In this document: piece after piece, positions 51,531 through 60,423 of the stretch
Layout of the letters: each line of letters begins with the position of its first letter
Position numbering within the stretch: the stretch's first letter is position 1
From: Synechococcus sp.
Lineage (GTDB): Bacteria > Cyanobacteriota > Cyanobacteriia > PCC-6307 > Cyanobiaceae
Assembly: GCA_047285305.1 (NCBI GenBank)
Contig: JBJBDL010000003.1
Coordinates: forward strand, 1,280,001-1,344,000
DNA: 64,000 nt
Reading direction: 5' to 3'
The notes under the pieces: model-generated
Told to the model about the DNA's origin: nothing
Databases searched by the model: none
Seen by the model: only the letters and a program-made list of their open reading frames with translations
Position numbers and translations under genes: made by a program

Positions 51531-51683
51531 TCAGTTGCTCCGGTTTTGCATGGCGGCGTAAGCAATGGCTCCGCCAGTGATCACAGTGAGTAGGCCTGTG
51601 GTGAGTAAGAAGCTCACCAACATGGCGAATCCAAGAACAGATCCCAGGAGGGACATCTTGATTCGCAGCAATTTCGACTTCAT
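51531..51683 (-). CDS. Small hydrophobic protein
   Basis: MKSKLLRIKMSLLGSVLGFAMLVSFLLTTGLLTVITGGAIAYAAMQNRSN; start uncertain. Confidence 0.55.
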   Translation of the reverse strand: MKSKLLRIKMSLLGSVLGFAMLVSFLLTTGLLTVITGGAIAYAAMQNRSN

Positions 51684-51851
51684 CAACAACACCAACAACA
51701 AGACCACGGTGGTCTTCAAGCCAGCAATTTTTGCCGCACAGATCGGGCAAAAAGGATTGATCAACACCATTGGCTGGTCTTGGTCTTCTTAAGCATTTAT
51801 GAAGTCTGGCGAAAACCAGAGCGCACCGTGAAGAGAGCGACGGATGGGCAC

Positions 51852-51878
51852 AAAAAAACGGGCCCGAGGGCCCGTTTG
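51852..51878 (-). terminator. rpsU terminator
   Basis: A7 run then the AAACGGGCCC-ga-GGGCCCGTTT hairpin. Confidence 0.8.
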
Positions 51879-51899
51879 CAGCTGACGTGTCGTGCGAGC

Positions 51900-52076
51900 T
51901 CAGCGACGACGGTTGCGTGAACGCTGCTTCAGCTTGCGCTTGTATTTCTCAACGGGGGTCTCGTGGTGACGGATCCGACGCAGATCAGAAAAGATGCCGG
52001 CTTTGGCGACGGAGCGCTTGAAGCGACGCAACGCGGATTCAATACCTTCGTTTTCGCCGACTGTGACCTGACTCAT
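51900..52076 (-). CDS. rpsU: 30S ribosomal protein bS21
   Basis: [38 protein letters not shown]. Confidence 0.93.
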
Positions 52077-52217
52077 CCGTTCCCCGAAAGAGAGCAATAA
52101 ACAACAACTTTACCAGCCGCCCTCTACCCCATCCCCCACCACCTGCCCGGGGTGGGATAGGTCTCTTGCATGACGCTTGTTGAAGAGATCGTGGCGCGTC
52201 CCGGCTTCTGCTTTGGG

Positions 52218-52403
52218 ATGGGTCCATCACTCCGGCAGGCCCCTGTCTTGACCCTCACGCACTGCCCCCTGTGCATTGGTCTGGCTGTTCTTTCGGCCGT
52301 TCGATTTATGGCCCACTGCGTGATGGCCGTTCAGCTCGAACGCAGCACGGCAGGGGAGTCAACCCATCCCGCCACGCTGCTGGGCACTCTGTTTGAGCTC
52401 TAA
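52218..52403 (+). CDS. Small hypothetical protein with a CPLC motif
   Basis: HCPLCIGLAVLSAVRF.AH, HPATLLGTLFEL; start uncertain. Confidence 0.55.
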   Translation: MGPSLRQAPVLTLTHCPLCIGLAVLSAVRFMAHCVMAVQLERSTAGESTHPATLLGTLFEL

Positions 52404-52415
52404 AGCAGTTCCGCC

Positions 52416-52733
52416 TCAGGGATCGCTGGGATCAACCAGCTGCAGATAGGCCGTATCGGCGTTCTGCAGGGCTAGATCATCGTGATGAGCGTCAACGCTG
52501 TAGATGAGGTGAAGCAGGCGGCCGCGATCCATGCCACGGTCGGCCACGTCTTTCCAGAGGCGTGAGCTGAGCTCCGCATCACGCCATTTGAGCTGGGCAT
52601 CGACCAGTGCCCGCGTCATCGCGATGTAGCTCTGCCGGTCGTTGCGCAGCCGGTCTTCGGAGAAGCTGTGTTGAGTTGCCGGCTTGAGCAGATTGCGAAT
52701 CGTCTGTGAGGCCGCCTTCAGCACCTTTGGCAT
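52416..52733 (-). CDS. Conserved hypothetical protein
   Basis: RALVDAQL..RD.ELS.RLW.DVADRGMD.GR...L. Confidence 0.7.
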   Translation of the reverse strand: MPKVLKAASQTIRNLLKPATQHSFSEDRLRNDRQSYIAMTRALVDAQLKWRDAELSSRLWKDVADRGMDRGRLLHLIYSVDAHHDDLALQNADTAYLQLVDPSDP

Positions 52734-52904
52734 CGTCGTTGTCCGACTCAGTTCAGTCTGATTCGGTCGTCTGGGCTGACAACGGAGTGAAATGCCTATG
52801 CCTGGATCAGAAATGAGTATTTGAACTCACTTCAGCGGGACGGTAGTGCTGATGACTTTTTGTAAAGTCAAACTCGTTAGGTTCAATCAGCTGTTCTTAA
52901 GCCC

Positions 52905-53003
52905 GTGGAAATACTTGTAATGGCGGCCGTATTTGTGCCCTTTTCTGCCCTCGTTATGAATGCATTTTCCGGTGATTCGGAAGACGATTTCGATTTCCTC
53001 TGA
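52905..53003 (+). CDS. 32-aa TM peptide with an acidic tail
   Basis: MEILVMAAVFVPFSALVMNAFSGDSEDDFDFL* (GTG start), read manually. Confidence 0.45.
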   Translation: MEILVMAAVFVPFSALVMNAFSGDSEDDFDFL

Positions 53004-53046
53004 ATGGAAGCCAAGCTCCTGGCGATGATGGCCTTTGGTGCCGCTG

Positions 53047-53544
53047 TTATGACCCTTTGGGCTTGGTTGATGGCGAATTTGCCGCGGATGGGGTCTGACC
53101 GGAACAAGCCTGACAACCGCCGTTGATGCGGTAGGGCGCGAGGTGTCCACGCAGGCAAGTTGTGCCGCGGAAGAAGAGTTTTTGTCCCAGTTCTCGTGCG
53201 TGAGCATCGGTGAGCGGCAGGGAAAGCCAGCGATCAGGCACTTGACCCTTCAGCTGTGATCTTGCTTCCAGCGCTGCTTGGCGTCGTTGTTTTTCCTCCC
53301 GATCGTTTTTGCGATAAACCCCTTCAATTTGAAGTTCGCGGGAACAGGTTTCACAGGCATTCACGGTGGGCTTGCGGCGAGCCGTGTTCAGCGACAACTT
53401 GTCGCTGGGCACTTCCCGCTCGGCCCCGCAGCTGCAGCGGCACCACCAAAAAGCGTTTCCTGCTTTGGTTCGCCGTTCGGATGAGCGCACCACGGTGAGT
53501 TTGCCGTAAACCTCGCCAATGCGGTTGCGTGGACTGGAGGGCAT
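53047..53544 (-). CDS. Cys-rich protein with a phage HNH/AP2-associated N-terminal motif
   Basis: RIGEVYGKLTV...WWCRCSCG.E, ACETC, FFRG..C.RGH...R.NGGC..C. Confidence 0.75.
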   Translation of the reverse strand: MPSSPRNRIGEVYGKLTVVRSSERRTKAGNAFWWCRCSCGAEREVPSDKLSLNTARRKPTVNACETCSRELQIEGVYRKNDREEKQRRQAALEARSQLKGQVPDRWLSLPLTDAHARELGQKLFFRGTTCLRGHLAPYRINGGCQACSGQTPSAANSPSTKPKGS

Positions 53545-53547
53545 GGC

Positions 53548-54924
53548 TCAGGCCGATTTCTGATCAGGAGCGTTGTTCAAGTCAGCAAACTTGGCTGCCA
53601 TCGTTGGATTGCGTCGGGTCAACTTTTTAACGGTCACATCCTGTGCCTTGTCATTGGCAAGCCTCAGGTTTCGATCAGCACCCATCAGGGCATCCTTTGT
53701 TTTTTGGAGGTGATCGATCGACTTATCGATCTCATCGATTGCTGTTTGGAAGCGTCTGGAGGCGAGGTCGTAGTTGCGTGAGAAGGCTGTTTTGAAGGTT
53801 TCGAGGTCGTTCTCGAAATTGGTGACATCAATGTTCTGCGCCCTCACCAGAGCCAGTTCAGCCTTGTATTCCAGAGACTTCATGGCTGCATTGCGGAGCA
53901 ATGTGATGAACGGGATAAAGAATTGTGGGCGAATGATGTAGGCCTTCGGGAAGCGATGAGACACATCAACGATTCCTGAATTGTAAAGCTCATTTTCAGG
54001 CTCCAGCAGGGAGACGAGCACCGCATACTCGCAATTTTTTTCGTTCCTATCTTTATTTAGCTCCTTGAGGAAGTCTTCGTTTTTCTTTTTGGTGGCTGTT
54101 GTGTCAGCCTCGTTCTTCATCTCAAACATGATCGAGATGATTTCGTTGTTGTGTTCGTCCTGGTCGCGGAAGATGTAGTCACCCTTGCTTCCACTGCGCG
54201 CGTCGTTGTCTTTTTCGAAATAGGCCTTGGGGAAAGCCGCTGCACGAATCCTGTTGAATTCGGTTTCGCAGTGTTGCTCGAGGGTTTCTCCCACCATTTT
54301 GGTGGAAAGCCGCGCCTTCATGTCGCGTAAGCGTTCAATGGCTTTGTCCCGATCACTGAGCTGGGCTTCGTAGCGATCTTTCAGTGATTGAGATTCAAGT
54401 TGATGCTTCAGTTCCGCTTCCTTCAAGCCGCTTTGAAGTGCATCCCGTTGTTTTTCAACGGAACTGACCGCTTCATTCACGGCCAGCTGACGCTGCATGG
54501 CCCCAGCCTGGAGCTTCGCCTGCAAATCCCTCACTTCACTGTCTTTTTGCAGCGTCATCGCCTGCATTTCTTTGGCGAATTTGGTTTCAGCCAGGCGTAG
54601 TTCTGTGGCCTGCTGCTCACGAATCTGCTGGAGCTCAGCGGCAATGCGATCGCGCTGCTTCTCCGCTTTATTCACCGCATCTTTAATCGCCAGTTCCTGA
54701 TGCATTGCACTTTGCTTGAGTTGGGCCTCAAGCGTTTGCATTTCCCTGTCTTTTTTGGCAACGGCCAACTCGATGGCATTGCGTTTGTCCTGTTCGGCGA
54801 GGGCAAGTCGCTTGTTCAGTTGCTGCTCAAATTCACGATCCCTCACCTGTTTGAGGATGTCGGCATACCCGGCCTCATCCACCTTGAAGGCGGTATTGCA
54901 GTGTGGGCAAATGATGTCGTGCAT
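53548..54924 (-). CDS. DUF2130 domain protein (Zn ribbon, coiled coil, RmuC-like C-terminal domain)
   Basis: ICPHC, long coiled coil, [41 protein letters not shown]. Confidence 0.88.
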   Translation of the reverse strand: MHDIICPHCNTAFKVDEAGYADILKQVRDREFEQQLNKRLALAEQDKRNAIELAVAKKDREMQTLEAQLKQSAMHQELAIKDAVNKAEKQRDRIAAELQQIREQQATELRLAETKFAKEMQAMTLQKDSEVRDLQAKLQAGAMQRQLAVNEAVSSVEKQRDALQSGLKEAELKHQLESQSLKDRYEAQLSDRDKAIERLRDMKARLSTKMVGETLEQHCETEFNRIRAAAFPKAYFEKDNDARSGSKGDYIFRDQDEHNNEIISIMFEMKNEADTTATKKKNEDFLKELNKDRNEKNCEYAVLVSLLEPENELYNSGIVDVSHRFPKAYIIRPQFFIPFITLLRNAAMKSLEYKAELALVRAQNIDVTNFENDLETFKTAFSRNYDLASRRFQTAIDEIDKSIDHLQKTKDALMGADRNLRLANDKAQDVTVKKLTRRNPTMAAKFADLNNAPDQKSA

Positions 54925-55011
54925 GTCTGACGATTTGTGTTGAACGTTCGCGCTACGTACTGGGATTTTATCCGGCTCTGGCTAATACGAGATCAGCCCA
55001 CGGTTCATGCC

Positions 55012-55152
55012 ATGCCCGATTGGATCGATCCTCGCTCGCTGCTCGACACGGTGATCATCGTGAGCATTGTGGCCTTGGCCGCCATCGGTTTCGTGGCTGG
55101 CATCAAGGAAATGATCACCGATCTGAGCAAACTTCGTCGCGCCAAGGTTTAA
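55012..55152 (+). CDS. 46-aa single-TM protein
   Basis: MPDWIDPRSLLDTVIIVSIVALAAIGFVAGIKEMITDLSKLRRAKV. Confidence 0.55.
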   Translation: MPDWIDPRSLLDTVIIVSIVALAAIGFVAGIKEMITDLSKLRRAKV

Positions 55153-55159
55153 GCGAACT

Positions 55160-55561
55160 TCAGCTCTCCAGCCCCGCCCGCAACGCCGCCAATCGTGCGG
55201 CGTTCACACCAAGATCCGAGTCGCCGAGGCGTGACTCGGACCGTGCCTGGATCCGGTTGTTGTCGCGATCAGCGAACAGCTCCAGGTCATCCACAAAGCC
55301 AAAGAAAGCGCTGCTGGCCTCGGCATGCAGGTAGGTCTCGGTTTGATCAATCACAACCGTCCGCGGCGACTCCTGCACCAACCCATTCAGCTTGCTGAAG
55401 TCAGCCATCGGGTTGGAGCTCTCCCAGGTTTGGCTGGAGCAGTGAGCTGTTGTCGAGCAGTCGCGCAACACCCCGTTGCGCACGCCGAGATCCGCAGGGA
55501 CGGGGCCTGCAAGATGGAAGAGCATCAACACGGGGGCCAGTAGGCCGGCAAGGAAGGTCAC
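55160..55561 (-). CDS. DUF1499 family protein
   Basis: LG..NG.L..C....HC, YLHAE..S.FFGFVDDLEL, RSESRLG.SDLGVN..R. Confidence 0.88.
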   Translation of the reverse strand: MTFLAGLLAPVLMLFHLAGPVPADLGVRNGVLRDCSTTAHCSSQTWESSNPMADFSKLNGLVQESPRTVVIDQTETYLHAEASSAFFGFVDDLELFADRDNNRIQARSESRLGDSDLGVNAARLAALRAGLES

Positions 55562-55683
55562 TGGTCTCTGCGGTGACGACCGCCCCAGTTCAGCATCCAA
55601 AGCCAGATGCCGAACAGGGTTCCAACCGGTAGCGCGATCACCACCAACTGGCTGATCACGAACTGGCGCACCTCAGGATCCAC
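55558..55683 (-). CDS. 41-aa single-TM protein
   Basis: MDPEVRQFVISQLVVIALPVGTLFGIWLWMLNWGGRHRRDQ (GTG start); GTGA overlap with the DUF1499 start. Confidence 0.55.
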   Translation of the reverse strand: MDPEVRQFVISQLVVIALPVGTLFGIWLWMLNWGGRHRRDQ

Positions 55684-55758
55684 GGTTGCGCTGATGAGGG
55701 GACATGCAGGCAAGACTCGCGTCCCTTTCGCCATCATGGAGCGCATTGCTGGGCAACG

Positions 55759-55935
55759 ATGACGAATCCGGGTTGGATTGTGCTCGCATGGTTGGTGGTG
55801 GCGCTGGCGTCTGCCTTGAAGTTTTGGTCGATCACGCGCCCCTATCGCGACAAAACAGCTCTTTCCCGTGAGCAATCCGTTGACGAAGTCCGACAACGCT
55901 TGGAGCGTCGCTGGCGAAACGACAGCAAGGTATGA
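55759..55935 (+). CDS. 58-aa single-TM protein
   Basis: MTNPGWIVLAWLVVALASALKFWSITRPYR...DEVRQRLERRW, read manually. Confidence 0.6.
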   Translation: MTNPGWIVLAWLVVALASALKFWSITRPYRDKTALSREQSVDEVRQRLERRWRNDSKV

Positions 55936-55938
55936 GGC

Positions 55939-56097
55939 TTATTTCTCGGCGATCACCCAGGCTGTTGCAGCTCTCTGACGCACGTAGAGGTCTGCGAGCT
56001 CCCGTGCCAGAGCCTTCAACTGGTCGAGATCGTCCGTGTCGTCGATGGACCGCTTGATCGCTTCAGCTTCGAACTTCTGAGGCAAGCTGAGGTTCAT
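55939..56097 (-). CDS. nblA: NblA-like phycobilisome degradation adaptor, copy 2 (52 aa)
   Basis: MNLSLPQKFEAEAIKRSIDDTDDLDQLKALARELADLYVRQRAATAWVIAEK*; L-S-L-x-Q-x-F start and two helices; not in the ORF track. Confidence 0.7.
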   Translation of the reverse strand: MNLSLPQKFEAEAIKRSIDDTDDLDQLKALARELADLYVRQRAATAWVIAEK

Positions 56098-56132
56098 GAC
56101 TCACGAGCATGTCAACCAATTGTAACGAAGCG

Positions 56133-56306
56133 TTATTTCTGGTGTGGGCTTGCTGCTGCCCGTGAGCGGGCAATCTCCTGTTGCCAAGCTAAAAGCAGAT
56201 CTTTGCTGATCTCCTGGAGCTGTTTAACGTCGGTCATTGAATTGATATCACGACTGCGCTGTTCGATGTCGAACTGTTGGCCAAGTGTGAGAGCGATGGG
56301 CTCCAT
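56133..56306 (-). CDS. nblA: NblA-like phycobilisome degradation adaptor, copy 1 (57 aa)
   Basis: MEPIALTLGQQFDIEQRSRDINSMTDVKQLQEISKDLLLAWQQE; compare the NblA N-terminus PIELSLEQQF. Confidence 0.7.
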   Translation of the reverse strand: MEPIALTLGQQFDIEQRSRDINSMTDVKQLQEISKDLLLAWQQEIARSRAAASPHQK

Positions 56307-56513
56307 GGTGAAGTCGGCAGATTTAACTAAAGGTATTGACTCGATCCTGTGTTGTCGTGACAACGGGCACGGTTCATTGCCGATGTGTGCTGTCACGTAC
56401 TTGGTTTGGATGTAAGAACATTGATCCTCGTTCTTGCCATCGTGATGTTATGCAAACTACGGTCGCTAAATGTTGGTACCCAAAGCGATGCCGATCTGTA
56501 TTGCCTAGATTCT

Positions 56514-56696
56514 GTGGGTGACGCAGGTAGAGCTTTGGACGGTTCTGGACAAAATCTCGAGCGCCGTTTTCATCTGGAAATTTGGAGGGAAACGGTGTAC
56601 TGGATGCAAGCGCGATGCAAGGACTTGCAGGAGCTCGATCGTGAGCGCGATGCCGATTCGATCTACACGGAATTTCGCTTGAAAAGTATTGGTTGA
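56514..56696 (+). CDS. Small protein of the W-x3-R...D...EF family
   Basis: WMQARCKDLQELDRERDADSIYTEF; start uncertain. Confidence 0.6.
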   Translation: MGDAGRALDGSGQNLERRFHLEIWRETVYWMQARCKDLQELDRERDADSIYTEFRLKSIG

Positions 56697-56703
56697 TTCG
56701 AAA

Positions 56704-56799
56704 TCAGTTCTGAGATTCAGCGACGGGCAGGGAAACTGCAACCAGAAGGGCAATTCCGATTTCCGTGGCAGCGATCAGCAGTTCAGTAACAATTCCCAT
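56704..56799 (-). CDS. 31-aa hydrophobic peptide
   Basis: MGIVTELLIAATEIGIALLVAVSLPVAESQN*, 2 bp after the upstream stop. Confidence 0.4.
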   Translation of the reverse strand: MGIVTELLIAATEIGIALLVAVSLPVAESQN

Positions 56800-56801
56800 G
56801 C

Positions 56802-56924
56802 TCAATTGCGGTTCTCGTCGATAGGTGGCATGTCACTAGGTCGCATCAGGGCAAACACCACTGCAGCCGTCAAAACAATGCCAATGCCCACCATGGCGAT
56901 GATTGCGGTTGTGTAATCACCCAT
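56802..56924 (-). CDS. 40-aa single-TM protein
   Basis: MGDYTTAIIAMVGIGIVLTAAVVFALMRPSDMPPIDENRN*. Confidence 0.55.
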   Translation of the reverse strand: MGDYTTAIIAMVGIGIVLTAAVVFALMRPSDMPPIDENRN

Positions 56925-56953
56925 CAGGTGCGATCTGCTCCCATCACGTTACA

Positions 56954-58441
56954 CTAATGTAACGCTCTGTAAAGCATCTCTCGGCTGGCAGGAGTCGTTG
57001 CCGTCCTTTGATTCAGCAGCTCCTCTCCGCGGCGATGGATCTCGTGGGCATACTCGGTCCAGGTTCCTTGTCCCCAGTACCGAAAACAACTGGTTTCCAG
57101 TAACAGCACATGCAGCAACGCTTCCTGATAAGCCCGGGTAGCGGTGGTGGTGGGGTCTGCGGCGACTGAGGGGTCGAACAGCGCATGAAACTGAGCGCTG
57201 AGCTGATTCATCGGGCCGAGCACATTGGCGTAACCCTCAATCCAGTTCAGGTCGTTGGTCCAGGACGCACCCTCCATGCTGAAGCTGGTGTCGTTCGCCC
57301 GTAGTTTGCTGATGGTCTCTTCCATCCCTTCGGTTGAGGAGTTGTTGTCAAGTTCATGCCAAAGGCGATGTTGTTGCATGGCCTGGATGGTGGGGAAGTG
57401 GTGGTGATTCACTCCGTTGCGCTCTAGGGCCTCAAGGTATTCACTGCCGTTGATGGCCACGGTGCCGTTGGGGTTGTCACGGATGTGGCGATTGGCCTGC
57501 CGGAACGCCTCTGGGAATTCATTCATCATTACCCCACCGTTTTCTCCGTCGGCTATCTGGCTCACCAGGGATGGCAGCTCAACGTCACCAAGACGTTGCC
57601 GTTCGCAACCCAATGCCTCGTAATAAGGCTGCATCTGGCCCACAAGTTTGGTGTCAGACCCCTGGGTTTTAATCAGTGCCGTCATGCTGATCTCCTCGCC
57701 TCGACTATTCCTGGCGAGAAGTTGATTGGGAATGAAGCATTGACTGCGCAGGAGTGGACTGCCGTCCATGCGTTCAACGCTGTGCTCCTGCACCAGAAGC
57801 CACTGATACCCCGCTTGCTTCAAGGCTTTGATGAATTCAAACAGGGTGTCGGGATGGTTGGGTAGCGCCATCTCCGGTGGAGAAAACCCTTTGACTCGCT
57901 CTAGGGCAGCGCTGCCAAAACAGGCCGCGAACTGCTGTTGCCAGGCGCTGATTTGCAGTTCCAGGTCTGGGATGGGTGTGGATGGAGCCACGGCATGGCT
58001 CCAGAAGGTTCCAAGCCACTCCACATGCCCCTGCATCAAAGGATCACAGGCGAGGTAGTGGAGTGCATCGCCAATGTCGCCGCGCCCCATCTGCTCGATT
58101 CCCCAAAGCAGATTGCCCGAGTAGTCGAGCATGATTCTTGGGCTGCAGCCTTCGTTGATAAGTTCAGGCAGCAGGCCGGCAAGACGCCGATAGCAGTGGG
58201 CGAATGGCTCTGCGTTGTGGTTATCACCCTCGTTGGGGTGATCCAGCATGTACTGAAGATGGGAGATCAAGCTGTTGTTCGCCCCCGCCGGCACCGTTGG
58301 TTGGTGCATGTGAAGAGCACAGGCAAAGCCGGAACGCAGTTGTTGAAGGTCGATCGCGCTGTTGGCCCAGACGTTACGCGGAGTCAGCATCACAGCGGCG
58401 ATGTCCGCTTCGCGTCCGCTGATCGGTGGACAACCTGTCAT
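56954..58441 (-). CDS. Glycoside hydrolase family 57-like protein
   Basis: LHMHQP, MLDYSGNL, GT.WSH, GFSPPEM, ADGENGG. Confidence 0.85.
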   Translation of the reverse strand: MTGCPPISGREADIAAVMLTPRNVWANSAIDLQQLRSGFACALHMHQPTVPAGANNSLISHLQYMLDHPNEGDNHNAEPFAHCYRRLAGLLPELINEGCSPRIMLDYSGNLLWGIEQMGRGDIGDALHYLACDPLMQGHVEWLGTFWSHAVAPSTPIPDLELQISAWQQQFAACFGSAALERVKGFSPPEMALPNHPDTLFEFIKALKQAGYQWLLVQEHSVERMDGSPLLRSQCFIPNQLLARNSRGEEISMTALIKTQGSDTKLVGQMQPYYEALGCERQRLGDVELPSLVSQIADGENGGVMMNEFPEAFRQANRHIRDNPNGTVAINGSEYLEALERNGVNHHHFPTIQAMQQHRLWHELDNNSSTEGMEETISKLRANDTSFSMEGASWTNDLNWIEGYANVLGPMNQLSAQFHALFDPSVAADPTTTATRAYQEALLHVLLLETSCFRYWGQGTWTEYAHEIHRRGEELLNQRTATTPASREMLYRALH

Positions 58442-58454
58442 TGCACTCCGCTTG

Positions 58455-58718
58455 TTATGACCAGCCGGCACGCGGTGTTTGGCGCAGCATGCCTTCCCAA
58501 TGATCACGCCAGGTGTGCTGATCGCCAAGGCCAGCCAGGAGTTCAACCTCAGCAGGGGCCTGATCCAACCGATACCTCCAACGGGTGATGTCTTCGGCTT
58601 GATCAAGCCAGGTGCTCATCACGTCGTGACGAATCGCCTCCCCATCCCAGTGGTGCTGGTCGGCCATGTTTTGCGACCAGTGAATCAATTCATCCAGGCT
58701 CAGTGGCCTGAATCCCAT
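58455..58718 (-). CDS. Conserved hypothetical protein
   Basis: FRPLSLDELI.W, I...VM..W, ELLAG.G....W...WE. Confidence 0.7.
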   Translation of the reverse strand: MGFRPLSLDELIHWSQNMADQHHWDGEAIRHDVMSTWLDQAEDITRWRYRLDQAPAEVELLAGLGDQHTWRDHWEGMLRQTPRAGWS

Positions 58719-58953
58719 GATTGTGAGACCTGTGATCTGCTCGAGTTCAAAGCGACGCAGAATGTCTCCAAGGCCAAAGAAGTGAAGAAGGATCATTGAG
58801 CTGATCACTTTGTCTGAAATTTATGAGCCTTTCTCTGTTCGAATTGTTCAGGTTGATGGTCTTTGCTTTTGAAAATATTTCAATTTGATCGACAGCTAGG
58901 GCTTGGCACTCATGGCTTGAGAGTGCCAATCTTGTGCCAGAATTCTTAAGCCG

Positions 58954-59292
58954 ATGCCTCTGATCAATGTGCGCACGTCGCTTTCAGCGCTGAAGGACGG
59001 ATCGGGGTTGCTAGAGGAGCTTTCGTCTGAGTTGGCCAACCAGACGGGCAAGCCGGAGGCCTACGTGATGACGCTCCTGGAGACGGGCGTGCCGATGACC
59101 TTCGCCGGAAGTCATGAGCCCTGTGCCTACGTGGAGGTGAAGTCGATCGGTGCCCTGCGTCCGCCCGCGATGACGGCCGCATTCTGTGAACTGATCCAGG
59201 CACGCACAGGAATCCCTGCCAACCGGGTGTACATCGGTTTTGACGATGTACAGGCCAGCTGTTGGGGTTGGAACGGCAACACCTTTGGGTAA
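58954..59292 (+). CDS. MIF / phenylpyruvate tautomerase family protein
   Basis: N-terminal Pro (MPLINVRT), TGKPEAYVM, KSIG, RVYI.F.D....WGWNG.TF. Confidence 0.92.
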   Translation: MPLINVRTSLSALKDGSGLLEELSSELANQTGKPEAYVMTLLETGVPMTFAGSHEPCAYVEVKSIGALRPPAMTAAFCELIQARTGIPANRVYIGFDDVQASCWGWNGNTFG

Positions 59293-59365
59293 CAACAGCT
59301 GCTAACAGCAGGTAACAAGCAAATTCGCGTTGTCAATCATCTTGCGTAGCGTTTGCTCAGCGCGA

Positions 59366-59539
59366 ATGATTGCTGTGAGTGAATCCTTCGGTGGTCTGCC
59401 CAACAAAGAGTTGAGTTCTGGTGTGTCGCAGTGGTGGCGCGAACGAGTTCAACACCTGATTGACTGCGGCCGGGCTGAGGATGCCCGCTGCCTTTACCTG
59501 GAGTTCGGGGTGGACAGTGCAGGAACGTTGGGTTTCTGA
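59366..59539 (+). CDS. Small protein of the W-x3-R...D...EF family
   Basis: WWRERVQHLIDCGRAEDARCLYLEF. Confidence 0.6.
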   Translation: MIAVSESFGGLPNKELSSGVSQWWRERVQHLIDCGRAEDARCLYLEFGVDSAGTLGF

Positions 59540-59550
59540 AAACGCTCCAT

Positions 59551-59577
59551 AAAAAAGGAGGGTTCCCTGGGCCCTCC
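59551..59577 (-). terminator. Terminator (minus strand), possibly ending an sRNA
   Basis: A6 run then the GGAGGG...CCCTCC hairpin. Confidence 0.6.
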
Positions 59578-59674
59578 CGGAGTCGACGCATTATCCCTCA
59601 CCGGGATTCATTAACTGTTACTTATCGAACACTCAGCTGCTGTAGGTGTTGATACTTGTTCCTGTCCGCAACGA

Positions 59675-59839
59675 TCAATTTAAGGATTGCTCCTGACGCC
59701 GCAAAATTTCGTAGGCCTGCCAAAGACCTTCAACGTCAGAGCACACCGCATGTCGGTTGCAGACGCGGTAGCGGCCCTGGCCCAAGGCATCAATGGTTGT
59801 GCCCTTGGAGGTGGCGCAGATGCGACTGATGCTCTCCAT
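59675..59839 (-). CDS. 54-aa hypothetical protein
   Basis: MESISRICATSKGTTIDALGQGRYRVCNRHAVCSDVEGLWQAYEILRRQEQSLN*, read manually. Confidence 0.65.
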   Translation of the reverse strand: MESISRICATSKGTTIDALGQGRYRVCNRHAVCSDVEGLWQAYEILRRQEQSLN

Positions 59840-59959
59840 GGCATTCGCTCAGTAAATCAAGGATCTACAGCCGCGGGGGGGCGGCATGCACATCTAATTT
59901 GCAGTTCTAAATCTCTTTTGCGGGAGAATATCCCGTTGGCTAATTGCTCACCGCCATAC

Positions 59960-59984
59960 AAAAACCGGGGCAGGCCCGGTTTTT
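59960..59984. terminator. Bidirectional terminator-like hairpin
   Basis: AAAAACCGGG-gcagg-CCCGGTTTTT. Confidence 0.7.
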
Positions 59985-60143
59985 GTTCAGCTTTGTGCCG
60001 GAGTTTCGAACGCTCAGGCTTTGGAAGGCTTGGTGGTGAGTGCAGCAGACATGGCGGAAGCCAGGAGCATGCATCCGGCAACGGCAAGGAAACCCATGGA
60101 TCAGGGGGAGGGGAGGACAGAGTCATCATTCCCACAGCTGGAG

Positions 60144-60329
60144 TCAGCTTTTGTTGCTGTTGGCACTGAATTCGGAAGAACCTTGCTTTCGGTCGCTTTT
60201 GGCCCTTTTCAGAGGCATCTCCTGGCGGTCGAGACACGAAGAACACAGCAATTTCCCATTGTTGCGCCAGTACGCCGCCATCGAGCGCTCGATGCGCATG
60301 GAGCACCCTTCACAGCGAAATAAAGGCAT
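60144..60329 (-). CDS. Small CxxC...CxxC zinc-finger protein
   Basis: FRCEGC...YW..NGKLLCSSC. Confidence 0.55.
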   Translation of the reverse strand: MPLFRCEGCSMRIERSMAAYWRNNGKLLCSSCLDRQEMPLKRAKSDRKQGSSEFSANSNKS

Positions 60330-60423
60330 CGACGGCTCCGCGACGTAGCTCTTCTAACGCAACGGCGCGGTTGAACCGGTGTTCTCTGTGACGATGGGTG
60401 CGCTTCGCTCGCCCCAGCTTTTG

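Noticed and set aside
53004..53126. 40-aa hydrophobic + strand ORF
   Set aside because: Overlaps the 3' end of the better-supported 53047-53544 gene by 80 bp
56120..56137. NtcA-like site between the nblA-like genes
   Set aside because: GTA-N8-TTA does not match the TAC half-site
60014..60097. 27-aa hydrophobic minus-strand ORF upstream of a terminator
   Set aside because: Plausible but too short to support without conservation data
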